In this document: one piece after another, positions 1 to 11,396 of the stretch
How positions within the stretch are numbered: the first letter of the stretch is position 1
How the letters are laid out: each line of letters begins with the position of its first letter
NCBI RefSeq assembly: GCF_963921235.1
Contig: NC_086097.1
Coordinates: 159,528,001 to 159,592,000 of the forward strand
From: Mobula hypostoma
Taxonomy: Eukaryota
Length of the DNA: 64,000 nt
Direction: 5' to 3'
Notes under the pieces: generated by a model
The model's input: the letters and a program-made list of their open reading frames with translations, nothing else
The model's database searches: none
What the model was told of the DNA's origin: nothing
Position numbers and translations under genes: made by a program

Positions 1-589
1 TAACATATCTGGGGCCCAAAACTGTCGACAATACTTCAAGTGTAGCCTGACTAGAGTGGCGATCAGCAATTCACAGTATTCGCGCAGTGTTTGATGGGAC
101 CATTCTAAGCCAGGGGAAATTATAACAGGGCAAATAATGAGTTTCCAATATTGCCAAAATACAAAAATCCAAAGAAATGAAGGAATGATAAAACAAAATG
201 TTTCTAAATATGAATTCTGATTAGGAATCTGTTGTAAATATGAATAATATTAGTTTTTAAGCATTTATAAAATTAGTTAAATTCATCCTCAGTTGTACGT
301 GCTAAACGCACAACATAATGGCAGTGTGGACCCTTTGGTTTCTTTTAAGCTGTGTTTCAGTTCTACTGATTTAACTGCTATAAGATGGCAGCATGCTTGT
401 TTACAGTGGCCTTTCTGGGTCCAAACAAAGCTGTATTTATTCATACTTTAATTTTTTTTATCATTGCAAGATACTACCCAATATTCAGAACATCAAGTAC
501 AGCAGGTCTACCTCACGAGTGAGTTGCGCGGTAACAGAGGAGCTGGACTTGTTGTGGTCCATGTTGCCACCTGCTACAGGAAGGTACCA

Positions 590-1205
590 GAGGCGGTCTG
601 CAAAGGAGGTGCATGGTCCAACAAATGGTGCAAATGATGGTCTTGGATGTTTTTCTTGCGATCGTAAGACTCTGTTCGACATTAGTAAAGCAGAACACTG
701 CAAATCCGGTTCACTGATTCATTGGGGAGAGCGGAGATGGGGGAAGCTGTGAGGGCCCGGTTGTTGCGTGGACCAGGCCCTCATGCCATGGGTCACCTGT
801 TGTAGCTGCCCAGAGAAGGAGAGGTGTGGAGTGGTGGGCATCCATTCTGGTTTGGGGTCAGGCCCCTCCCATTGGTATTGCCTTCCAGTATTGACTCGTT
901 GGAAGACAAGCTGAACTTCGTTCATCTGTGGCTGCACTAGTGGGTGATGATTGAACTGCTGCTAGCCTGTTCTTGCTAATAACATTCAATGCACCATCAA
1001 TCTACAGGACATGACACTCAGGGATATTGTTATTATGTTTTGTGACTGTACATCTGCTCCAATCGCAATTATATGTGCCTTGTGTCGTGTATGACTATTG
1101 GTATTGTGTTTGACACTTTGACCCTGAAGGAATGCTGTCTGAAAGGATTTGTGGGTATTCATCCATGGTGAATGACATTTAAACTTGATCTTACGTGAAA
1201 TGAAC
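590..1205 (+). mobile_element. Degenerate non-autonomous Rex1-related retroposon
   Basis: Rex1-like 5' coding remnant (…ttggaagacaagctgaac…) and an AAACTTGA-type tail near 1181-1205; heavily decayed. Confidence 0.35.
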
Positions 1206-2069
1206 TATTGGAAGTATAACATAGAGGACTGCAGAGAAGCTAAGAAAACCATGTTCACTCAATGAATTTTGGTGTTTGTTACTCATTGTCTGACAGGATT
1301 GTGGGGGCAGAAACTCTTGCCACTTTTAAACATAAGTTGATGAACATGTGAAAAGCCATAATACATGGGGCTAAGGAGAAAGGGCTGAGTAATGACAATT
1401 ATTTGAATTCCCTATTTGGCTTGCATGGAAACAGTGGGCCAAATAGCCGCATTCTGTGTTGTAAGCATCTTTGGTATCATGGATATATTAATGTATTGCA
1501 CATTTAGGACACTGAACTAAGAAACATCTCTCTGGAGGGTTACTGGGGATTACTGATCTGCCTGATGTCACATAAAAATAATAGGTCTTCCTTAAAATGT
1601 CCAGAAATGTTCTTGCTACCACAAGTCACAATTGATCATGGCTATGAATAATTCATTATCTTCATTGACAGTAAATTCATTATGTTAATTATGAGGCAAC
1701 TAAACTCTTCTAAAATATTGTTCACTACTGCAGTCACCACAATCCAAGAGCCCCATTTTCTAAACCTAAACTGTGACTGATGCCAACTGTAACAGGTTTG
1801 TGCTTTACAAATAAATCACATTTTGACAACCATAACCTTAGTGACTGTTCTTTAGCCGAGACACTGAATGTCAGCTGGTGATTTGACTGTATTTTCACTT
1901 GTTCTACTGCACTTAATTCCCAGTAAGACTCTCTTGGAGCATAATCCATGCCCCCAGGGATGCTGAGCTACTTCCACTGTTTCCAAAGTTAAACATAACA
2001 TCCATTTTTCCTGACACCGTATTTAACAGAGCACCATAGGTAGTGGGGATGTTCACTCTGCTTTCAACT

Positions 2070-2265
2070 GAAATGAGAACTGCAAGTGCTAGAAATACAT
2101 CATCGACATGGAGAGTAAAATAAAGTTGTTGCTTTAAAATGATAGGCTTCTGCCAGCATGCTGACCTGAACTATTATCCTCTACACAGAAGTTGCCTAAT
2201 CAGCTCAGTATATCCAGCTTTTCCTGTTTCTTCTTTCATCTGGCTTTCAATATCAACAGTGCTTT
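2070..2265. mobile_element. Old Penelope-derived terminal fragment
   Basis: actgcaagtgctagaaat … gttgcctaatcagctcagtatatccagc resembles the pLTR ends at 37613 and 58745. Confidence 0.35.
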
Positions 2266-3284
2266 GCTGCCAGTTTTGGAGGCTTATTTAGCACTAAATG
2301 CTTTTCTATTGGAAGATTTTTTTGAAAAGAATTAGAATCCTCAGAAACATTCTTAAACTATCGAAGTGCTGTGTTCAACACTTACCCTCAAAGATTGGGG
2401 TGTAAATGAAACATGAATCATTAGTTGCTGAAGTAAATTTCTATTGAGATATTCATCAAATTGAAAGTGGCCAACAACTTTGAATAGACACTGCTGTAAG
2501 TAAAATCGGGAAGGTAAAAAATTGTGAAAGAAAAATTGTACACGTCCAACTTGGAATGGATACTGCTGTAAAGTAAATCAGATTCATACTATAAAACTCC
2601 AATAAATTGCAGTCCTGTTGCATTTTCCCAATTGCAGGAGTCCCAATGGTTCAAGTACATGACTTAACTAGTTCTGTTGCCTGTCTGTCTCTAAACTCAC
2701 TGTTGCCCTATTGTAATGATACCTTCAAACTCAGAAGACCTCACTCAAAGTCAAATTTGAGTATATTGTCAAATGCACAAGTGTACTTAAGCCTATGTGC
2801 CATGGAAAGTTTACATTCAGTAGCATCACAAAGCATCAGATAGGCTCCCTATGAACTCCCCAGGGCTCTGTTTCCCATGCTTGCACAAAACTCAAGGGGT
2901 TTTCTTTCCTGCACTTCATTTAGATTTAACTGGTTCATTGTAAGATTTATAACACCACTCTGTAATATCTAAAAAGTTGTATGAATGGGAGCAATATCTA
3001 AAAGTAAAGAAACCCACTGTTATCAGACTCTTGAACAGATCTCTACGATGATAAGATTGGCTCTTTGCCTCACAATCTATCATGTTATGATCTTGCAGGT
3101 TTTCCATTTACCTGCACTGCACTGTTTTGGTAGATTTTGCATTGTATTCTGCATTATCATTGTTTACCTTATTCTAGCTCGATACCCTGTGTAATGATTT
3201 GAACCATATAACTAGTATGCAAACAAGCTTTTCACTGGATCTCAATACATGTGACAATAATAAACCGGCACCTAATCAAAAAGT

Positions 3285-3600
3285 AATCCTTCTCAATGAT
3301 AATCAATACAGGAGCGCATCAGGACTGCCTACTTAGCACCATGCCCTGTTCTCTCCATACCTAGAACTGTGTGGCTAATATTGCTCCAATGTCATGTACA
3401 AATTCACCAAAGACACCACCGATAGAGATAAAGAGAAGTACAGGGGTGAGGTAGGTCAGCTGGTGAGTAGTCGTGACAACAACCTTGTACTCATCAGTAA
3501 AGCCAAGGAGGAAGGAGAAGCCAAAATAGCACCAGACCTCATTTGAAGGTCTGCTGTGGAAATGATGTGCAGCTTCAAGTTCCTGATGTTAACCCTTTCA
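3285..3600 (+). mobile_element. Rex1/Babar LINE RT fragment, decayed
   Basis: Similar to the TGAPQGCVL…YKFADDTT…NNL segment of the 11654-12775 ORF. Confidence 0.55.
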
Positions 3601-3614
3601 TTCCACAAAGTTCA

Positions 3615-4930
3615 CGAGAATTAGTCTGGCAATAAAAGGGTTAACATATGAGGAACATTTGATGGCTCTGTACTCAGAGTTTAAAAGAATTTTTTTTTGT
3701 GGGGGGGGGAAGATCTCATTGAAACCTATTGAATATTGAAAGGGCTAGATAGAGTGGATGTGGAGAGGATGTTTCCTGTATTGGGTAAGTCTAAGACCTA
3801 AGGGCACAGTTTCAGAATAAAAGGATGTCCATTTAGAACATAGATGAAGAGGAATTTCTTTAGTCAAGGGGTAGTGAAGCAACTGTAGAGGCCAAGGCAA
3901 AGTTCAAAAGTTCAATGTACATCTATTATCAGAGTATATAGAAATTATACAACCTTGAGTTTCGTCTGCTTACAGGCAGCCACAAAACAAGAAACCCAAA
4001 ATAATCCATTGAAACAGAAAACAAACACCCAATGCAGAGAGAGAGAGAAAAAAAACAAATCATGCAAACTATAAAAGCAAGCAACAGCATTCAGAATGAA
4101 ATTGAGTCCTTAGACACGAAGCGCAAAGCATCCAAAGCAGACCCATAGCCTTAGTTCATCACACAGTGAGGGAAATCACCATGAAATTCACAGACATGAA
4201 GCCCAGAACAGCCAGAGCTGTAGAGAGAGGAGTAAATGTCGTGGAAAAGCAAGCGAAATCAGCCCGACCCTTGCCTCAAGTCCCGACATCCTGCTTTTTC
4301 AGTCTATCTGGGCCGGAATTTAAATTGTCCGAACACCAGGTGGTTCCGTGCACTAGGACCTGGGCCTTGCTGCAGTGATGCACTCTGAGCCTGGACCCTG
4401 CTCCTACATTCTGGCCTATATTTGACTTTTCCAAATCGGCACTTGGATTGATCCAATCTCACTCCTGATTTAGGTGGATGTGCTCCGAAACTACTCCGCT
4501 CCGACTCCTCTCTGGCTCGATCACTTCAACTCCATCTCTGAGTCAATCTCAATCATACCTCAACCTCACTCCGACCACTTCTCCTTAATGATGCCATGCT
4601 CCAACTCGCCTCGACCCTTGAGTCAGCCTTGCCTTCGCTCGCCTCTTCATTGTTTGCGGTGATAGCTTACCACGGGAAAAGTGTTATTAATAAAGTATTT
4701 AGTCATATTTCTTGCTTCATGAACCACTAGTAAGCTGTCACCCAACTTCAGCGGCATCATCTCAAACCATGTATATTTAAAGTGGTGGTTGACAGGTGCT
4801 TGATTAGTCAGGGACTGAAAGGTTACAGGGGAAGGTAGGAGAATGAGGTTGAGAGGGATAATAAATCAGCCACGATGGAATGACAGAACAGCCCTAATGG
4901 GCCAAATCGTTCCCATCTCTTATGTTCAAT
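3615..4930 (+). mobile_element. CR1 LINE 3' fragment interrupted by the 3897-4769 insertion
   Basis: CR1 ORF2 C-terminus (gatctcattgaaacctat…aggaatttctttagtcaaggg); resumes at 4770 with the CR1 3' UTR. Confidence 0.75.
3897..4769 (-). mobile_element. Non-coding non-autonomous retroposon with (TTTGAAC)n tail
   Basis: Tail aaagttcaaaagttcaa at the left end; its 3' ~130 bp resembles 60420-60552; interrupts a CR1. Confidence 0.6.
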
Positions 4931-5834
4931 ATCCTGGAGCATCTATTCTTGGCCCAGCACCTAGATGCAATCACAAAAGCAGAATTCCAGTGTCTCAGCA
5001 TTCTTAGGAATTAAAGACATCCACCATGTCATCGAAGACGCTGATGAACTTTTACAAATGTGCACTGATCCAGGTTGGTGCTGTATCCCAAAAGATAGAA
5101 TTTGTAGAATGCGTATGAGATGGTTTTTTGGAGCAATATGTTGTTGAGCCCACTGGGGAAAGGCAATTCTGGATGTGGTGTCATGTAATGAACCAGATTT
5201 GATTAAGGACCTTAAGGTAAATGAACTCTTAGGAGGCAGAGTTAATAATACAATGCGAGGGGACATTAGCAGGGATAAATGGCAACAACTAGAGTGTCTG
5301 GGGGCAGTTTGAGAGGCACTGGATAGGTGATGTACATCCCACAGATGAAGTATTCTAAAGGGAGGATGAGGAATCTGAGGCTGATAAGGGAAGTCAAAGA
5401 CTGCATAAAAGGGGGGGGGGGGGAAAGAGGGCATATAACATAGCAAAAATTAGTGGAAAGATAGAGGATTGGAAACCTTTTAAAAACCAACAGAAGGCAA
5501 CTAATAAAACCATAAGGAGAGAAAAGACAAAATAGGAAGGTAAGCTAGTCAATAAAATAAAGGAGATACCAGAAATTTTTATATATAAAGAATAAAAGAG
5601 ATGATAAAGAATAAAAGAGGCAAGAATGGATATTGGACTACAGGAGAATGTTGCTGGAAATGTAGTAATGGAGGACAAGTAAATGGCAGATGAACTTAAG
5701 TATTTTGTATCAGTTTTCACTGTGAAAGACACAAGCAGTATGCTAGAAATTAAAGTGTTTCAGCAAGCAGAAGTGATTGTAGTTGCTATTACCAAGGAGA
5801 AGTTGCTTGGGGAGTGAAAAGGTCTGAAGGTAGA

Positions 5835-7103
5835 TGTCAGGGCACTGGAGCAGAGATCCAATTGGAGAACCAGTACTGTGCACACAGTGATATTAATTGA
5901 GCAACAAATCCCGAGGTGCAAACAAAATTGGCATCAAAGTTCAGGCAGAGATCAAAACATCCAAAGAACTCCAAAAATCAGAATCAGGAAACAGGCAGAC
6001 TCAATATTCAGACAGATAGAATTCAGATACAAATTCTGGAAAGGCTCAGCAACACTCACTGTCACAATCTGTCTGTCTGTCTGTATCTTGTTTTACGGCG
6101 GTTGGCATCCAGCTTAATGGTGCATTACCGCCACCCTCTGCTCCAGAATGTGCACTAGACATACATTCTAAATCCCTTCACCCAATTGCGCACGCGCACA
6201 CATACATGCATATACACACATACACACACACACACAAACCTACACTTCACCCTCCCATCTTTGACCATCCTAGTATCCTATTCCTGTTTATTCGTCATAT
6301 TCTATAAAAAATCCCTGTACCCCTTAAAAACGGTAAAAATACCCGGACATGTGCTCTCTTACCCATGCCCAGCAACCCTTTTAATGTGAATTCCTGCATC
6401 CCCAACTCCCTTAATTTATTTCTCATCATCTCTCTCTGTATCCTATACTTCCTGCAACTCAGAACTACATGTTCTACTGACTCCTCTTCCTGACATTCCT
6501 CACACAATCCTGTCTGGTGTTTCCCTATCATTTTCAATGTTTTGTTTAATGCACAGTGTCCCAGCCTTAACCTAGTCCACACAATTTCCTCTCTTCTGTT
6601 TCCATTACCTACCCTAGTAACTGCAACACTCTTTTGTATTTGATATAAATGCCTCCCTTTCCCCTCCCTGTCCCATCTTTCTTGACTTTTCCCAGATTAC
6701 ACACTTAACCTCTGCTTTACTGATACTAATGTGCATTTCCACATTTTCTTTCTTTAACACCCTCTTTGTCAACTCATCCACCCTCTCACTCCCCTTCACC
6801 CCTACATGTGCTGGAACTGTCACAATCTGGCGAAAACACAGGACTAAAATACACTGAGCGGTAAACAGAGAGGCAGATGATATGTGGAGCACAACGAGAT
6901 AGAAGTGGCAACAAAACAGGTAATAATGAGAAACAGGTGAGAGGCAGAATACTCAGTAATACAAGGGCCAGAGTACAGCAGGATCGGGGACAGAAGCACA
7001 TGGGACATGAAAACAAACAAGAGCACATGGCAATACAAAACCACAGACTGACAGCTAGGGAAGGAAAATACAAAACGACAAATTTCAACTGGAGGTACTG
7101 ACA
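5835..7103 (-). mobile_element. Solo LTR containing a nested Nimb LINE
   Basis: TGTCAG…CTGACA termini; 5-bp TSD GTAGA at 5830-5834 and 7104-7108; orientation tentative. Confidence 0.8.
6072..6815 (-). mobile_element. Nimb/I-group LINE, 5'-truncated (RNase H end plus CCHC finger)
   Basis: VPAHVGVKGSERVDELTK and TRLRLGHCALN…CEECQEEESVEHVVLSC; (CAGA)n tail; 14-bp TSD actgtcacaatctg at 6058-6071 and 6816-6829. Confidence 0.8.
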
Positions 7104-8169
7104 GTAGATAAATAATCTGGACCAGATGGACTACAAACCTAGAGTTATGAAAGAGGTAGCTGAAGACATTATCGAGGCATTAGTAATGGTCTTTCAAGAA
7201 TCACTAGATTCTGGAATGGTTCTGGAAGAGTTGAAAATTGCAAATGACACTCCACTCAGTAAGAAGGGAAGAAGGCTGAAGGAAGGAAATTATAGGCCAG
7301 TAAGCCTGACCTCAGTGGTTGGAAAGATATTGAAGGCCATTATTAAGAATGAGGTTTCAGGATAATTGGAAGCACATGATAAAATAGGCTATAGTCAGCA
7401 TGGTTTCCTTAAGTGGAATCTTGCTTGACAAATCTGGTAGAATTCTCAGAGAAAGTAACAGATGGGATAGACAAAGGTGAGTCAGTGGATGCCGTTTGCT
7501 TGGAATTTTAGAAGGCATTTGACAAGGTGCTATACGCAAGTCTGCTTAACAAGATAAGAGTCTGTGGTATTAAAGATATTAGCATAGATAGAAGAGTTGA
7601 CCGACTGGCAGCAGCCAAGGAGTTGGAATAAAGGGGGCCTTTTCTGGTTGGCTGCCAGTAACTAATGGTAGTGTCCCCAATGGGTTGTTATTGGGGAAGC
7701 TTCTTTTCACATTAAATGTAAAAATTGATAGCTTGGTAGCCATGATTGTGGATGATACAAAGATAGAGGCAGGTGCAGGTAGTGTTGAGGAAGGAAGGAG
7801 GACCTAGCAGATTGGAAGTATGGGCAAAGAAGTGGCAGATGGAATATAGTGTATGGAAGTGTATGGTCATGCATTTTGGTAGAAGAAATAATGGCGTAGA
7901 CTCTAAATGGTGAGAAAATACAAAAATCAGAGGTGCAAAGGAACTTGGGAGTGCTTGTGTAGGATCCCTTATCAAAGAAAAGAAGTGCTGGCATTGGAGA
8001 GTGACCAGAAAATGTGCATGGGAATGATTCCTGATGAACATATGAGGAGCAGATATGATGATCTTTGCATCATCAATTGGGACAGGAGAGGTTCCGGAGG
8101 ACTGGAGGGTTGCAGATGTTAGACCGTAAGACAAAGACAAAGGAGCAGAAGTCAGCCATTCGGCCCATC

Positions 8170-10147
8170 TCCAGAGTCTCAGTAATCTCCTCCCTCTCCT
8201 CCCACAGTAGCCTGGGTTACATCTCGTCTGGACCCGGTGACTTATGGAACTTGATGCTTTCCAAAAGCTTCAGCACATCTTCTTCCTTAATATCTACATG
8301 CTCAACCTTTTCAGTACTCTGTAAGTCATCCCTACAATCCCCAAGATCCTTTTCCATAGTGAATACTGAAGCAAAGTATCTCTGCTATCTCCTCCAGTTC
8401 CATACACACTCTTCCACTGTCACACTTGATTGATCCTATTCTCTCACATCTTATCCTCTTGCTCTTCACATACTTGTAGAATGCTTTGGGGTTTTCCTTA
8501 ATCCTGTCCACCAAGGCCTTCTCATGGCCCAGTCTGACTCTCCTAATTTCATTCTTAAACTCCTTCCTGCTGTCCTTATAATCCTCTAGATCTCTATCAT
8601 TACTTAACTTTTTGAACCTTTAGTAAGCTCTTTTCTTCTTGACTAGATTTACAATAGCTTCTTTACACCAAGGTCACTGTACCCTACCATCCTTTCCTTG
8701 TCTCATTGGAGTGTACCTATGCAGAACTCCATGCAATTATACCCTGAACTTTTGCCACATTTTTTCCGTACATTTCCCTGAGAACATCTGTTTCCAATTT
8801 ATGCTTCCAAGTTCCTGCCTGATAACCTCATATTTCCCATTATTCCAATTAAACACATTCTTAACTTGCCTGTTCCTATCCCCCTCCCAAGCTATGGTAA
8901 AGGGGAGAGAATTGTGATCACTATCTCCAAAATACTCTCCCACTGAGCGATCTGACATCTGACCAGGTTCATTTCCCAATACCTGATCAAGTACAGCCTC
9001 TCCTTTTGTAGGCTTATCTGCATATTTAGTCAAGAAACCTTCCTGAACACACCTAACAAACTCCACCTGATCTAAACCCCTTGCTCTGGGGACATGCTAA
9101 TCGTTATTTGGGAAATTAAAATCTCCCACCACGACAACCCTGTAATTATTACACCTTTCCAGAATCTGTCTCCCTATCTGCTCCTCAGTGTCCCTGTTAC
9201 TATTGGGTGGTCTTTAAAAACACCCAGTAGAATTATTGACCCCTTCCTGTTCCTTACTCCCACTGAAAGAGACTCTGTAGACAAACCCTCCATGACTTCC
9301 TCCTTGCAGCCATGACACTACCTCTGATCAAAACTACTACAGCCCCACCTCCTTTGCCTCTCTCCCTATCCTTTCTGAAACATCTAAAGCCTGGCACTCA
9401 AAGTAATCATTCCTGCGCCTGAGCCATCCCGGTCTCTGTAATGGCCACAACATCATAGCTCCAAGTACTATGAGTCATCTGCTTTGTTCATAATACTCCT
9501 TGCATTAAAATAGACACATCTCAAACCATAGGTCTGAGCGTGTCCCTTTTCTATCACCTGCCTATCCTACCTCTCACACTGTCTACAAACTTTCACTATT
9601 TGTGAGCCAACCGCCTCTTCCTCCATCTTTTCAGTTCAGTTCCAACCCCCAGCAATTCTAGTTTAAACTCTCCCCAGTAGCCTTTGCAAACCTCCCCACC
9701 AGGATATTGGTCCCACTGGGATTCAAGTGCAACCCGTCCTTTTTGTACAGGTCACATCTGGCCCGAAAGAGGTCTTAATTATCCAGAAATATGAATCCCT
9801 GCCACCTGCTCCAATCCCTCAGCCACGCATCTATCCGCCACCTCATTCTATTCCTATACTCACTGTCATGTGGCACAGGCAGTAATCCCAAGATTATTAC
9901 CTTTGTGGTGCTGCTTCTCAACTTCCTTCCTATCTCCCTGTAGTATGTTTTCAGGACCACCTCCCTTTTCCTACCTATGTCGTTGGTACCACGGTCTCTG
10001 GCTGTTCTCCTTCCCGCTTCAGGATATCATGGACACGATTAGAAACATTCCAGACCCTGGCACCTGGAAGGCAAACTACCATCCGTGTTTCTTTCCTGCA
10101 TCCACAGAATCTCCTGTCTCACCCCCTAACTATAGAGTCCCCTATCA
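8170..10147 (-). mobile_element. CR1 LINE 5' half: ORF1 SGNH esterase and APE/tether remnants
   Basis: KVIILGLLPVPHDSEYRNRMRWRIDAWLRDW; KPTKGEAVLDQVLGNEPGQ…FGDSDHNSL; IKENPKAFYKYVKSKR. Confidence 0.85.
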
Positions 10148-11396
10148 ATACAAAAGTGAACAAGCCAATAATATTAAAGAGGATAGCAGACGTTTCTTCA
10201 GATACATAAAGTGTAAAAGAGAGGTGAGATTGGATATTGAACCACTGGAAAACAATGTCCCAGAGGTAGAAATGGGGGGGACAATGAAATGGTGAATGAA
10301 CTGAATAAATATTTTGTATTAGTCTTCACTGCGGAAGACACTCGCAGTATGGTGGAAGTTACAGGTGTCAGGGGGCATGAAATATGTGAAGTTACCATTA
10401 CTAGACAGAAGGGTCTTGGGAAACTGAATGGTCTAAGGTAGATAGGTCATCTGTACCAGATGATGAACACCCCAGAGTTCTGAAAAAAATGGCTAAAAAG
10501 ATTGCGGAGGCTTTAGTAAAGGTTTTCAGCAGTCACTAAATTTTCGAATGGTTCCAGAAGATTGCAAATGTCATGCCATTCTGCAAGACGGGAGAGAGGC
10601 AGAAGGAAACTATAGGCCAGTTACCTGACCTTAGTGGTTGGGAAGATGATGGAGTTGATTTTTATGGATGAGGTCTCAGGGTACTTGGAGGCACATGATA
10701 TAATAAGTGGTAGTCAACGTGTTTTCCTTGTTTGACAAAACAGTTGTAAGTCTTTGAAGAAATAATAAGCAGGAGAGACAAAGGAAAATTGGTTGACTTT
10801 GTGTACTTGGATTTTTAGAGGCCTTTGACAAGGTGCCACACATGAGCTGCTTAACAAGCTATGAGCCCATATTATTACAGGAAAGATTTTAGCATCAGTA
10901 AAGCAGTGGCTGATTGGCAGGATGCAAAATGTGGGAATGAAGGGAGAATTTTCTAGCTGACTGCTGGTGACTAGTGGTGTTCCACAAGGGTCTGTATTGG
11001 GATCGATTCTTTTTACATTATAAGCCAATAATTTGGATTTGGATGAATGAATTGATGGTTTGGTTGCAAAGTTTGAACACGAAATGAAGATATCAGCTGT
11101 GGCAGGTAGTTTTGAGGAAGTAGAAAAGCTACGGAAGGACTTAGCCAGATCAGGAGAATGGCCAAAAAACAATGGCAGATGGAACACAGTGTCGGGAAGT
11201 GTATAGTCATGCACTTTGGTAGAAGAAATAAATGAGTTGACTGTTTTTAAATGGATTGAAAATACAAAAAAACTGATATGCAAAGGAACTTGTGAGTCCT
11301 TGTTCAGGATTCCCTGAAGGTTAATTTGTAGGTTGAGTCTGTGGTGAGGAAGGCAAATGCAATATTAGCATTCATTTCAAGAGAGCTAGAATAAAC

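Larger units (their letters stand above)
5085..8065 (+). mobile_element. CR1 LINE (APE/RT remnants) split by solo LTR 5835-7103
   Basis: ORF remnant PRVMKEVAEDIIEALVMVFQESLDSG…NYRPVSLTSVVGKIL; the CR1 sequence ggtctgaaggtaga|taaataatctggaccagatgg is continuous across the insertion. Confidence 0.85.

Noticed and set aside
393..937. Short ORFs near the window start
   Set aside because: Overlap a decayed retroposon; no domain or splice support
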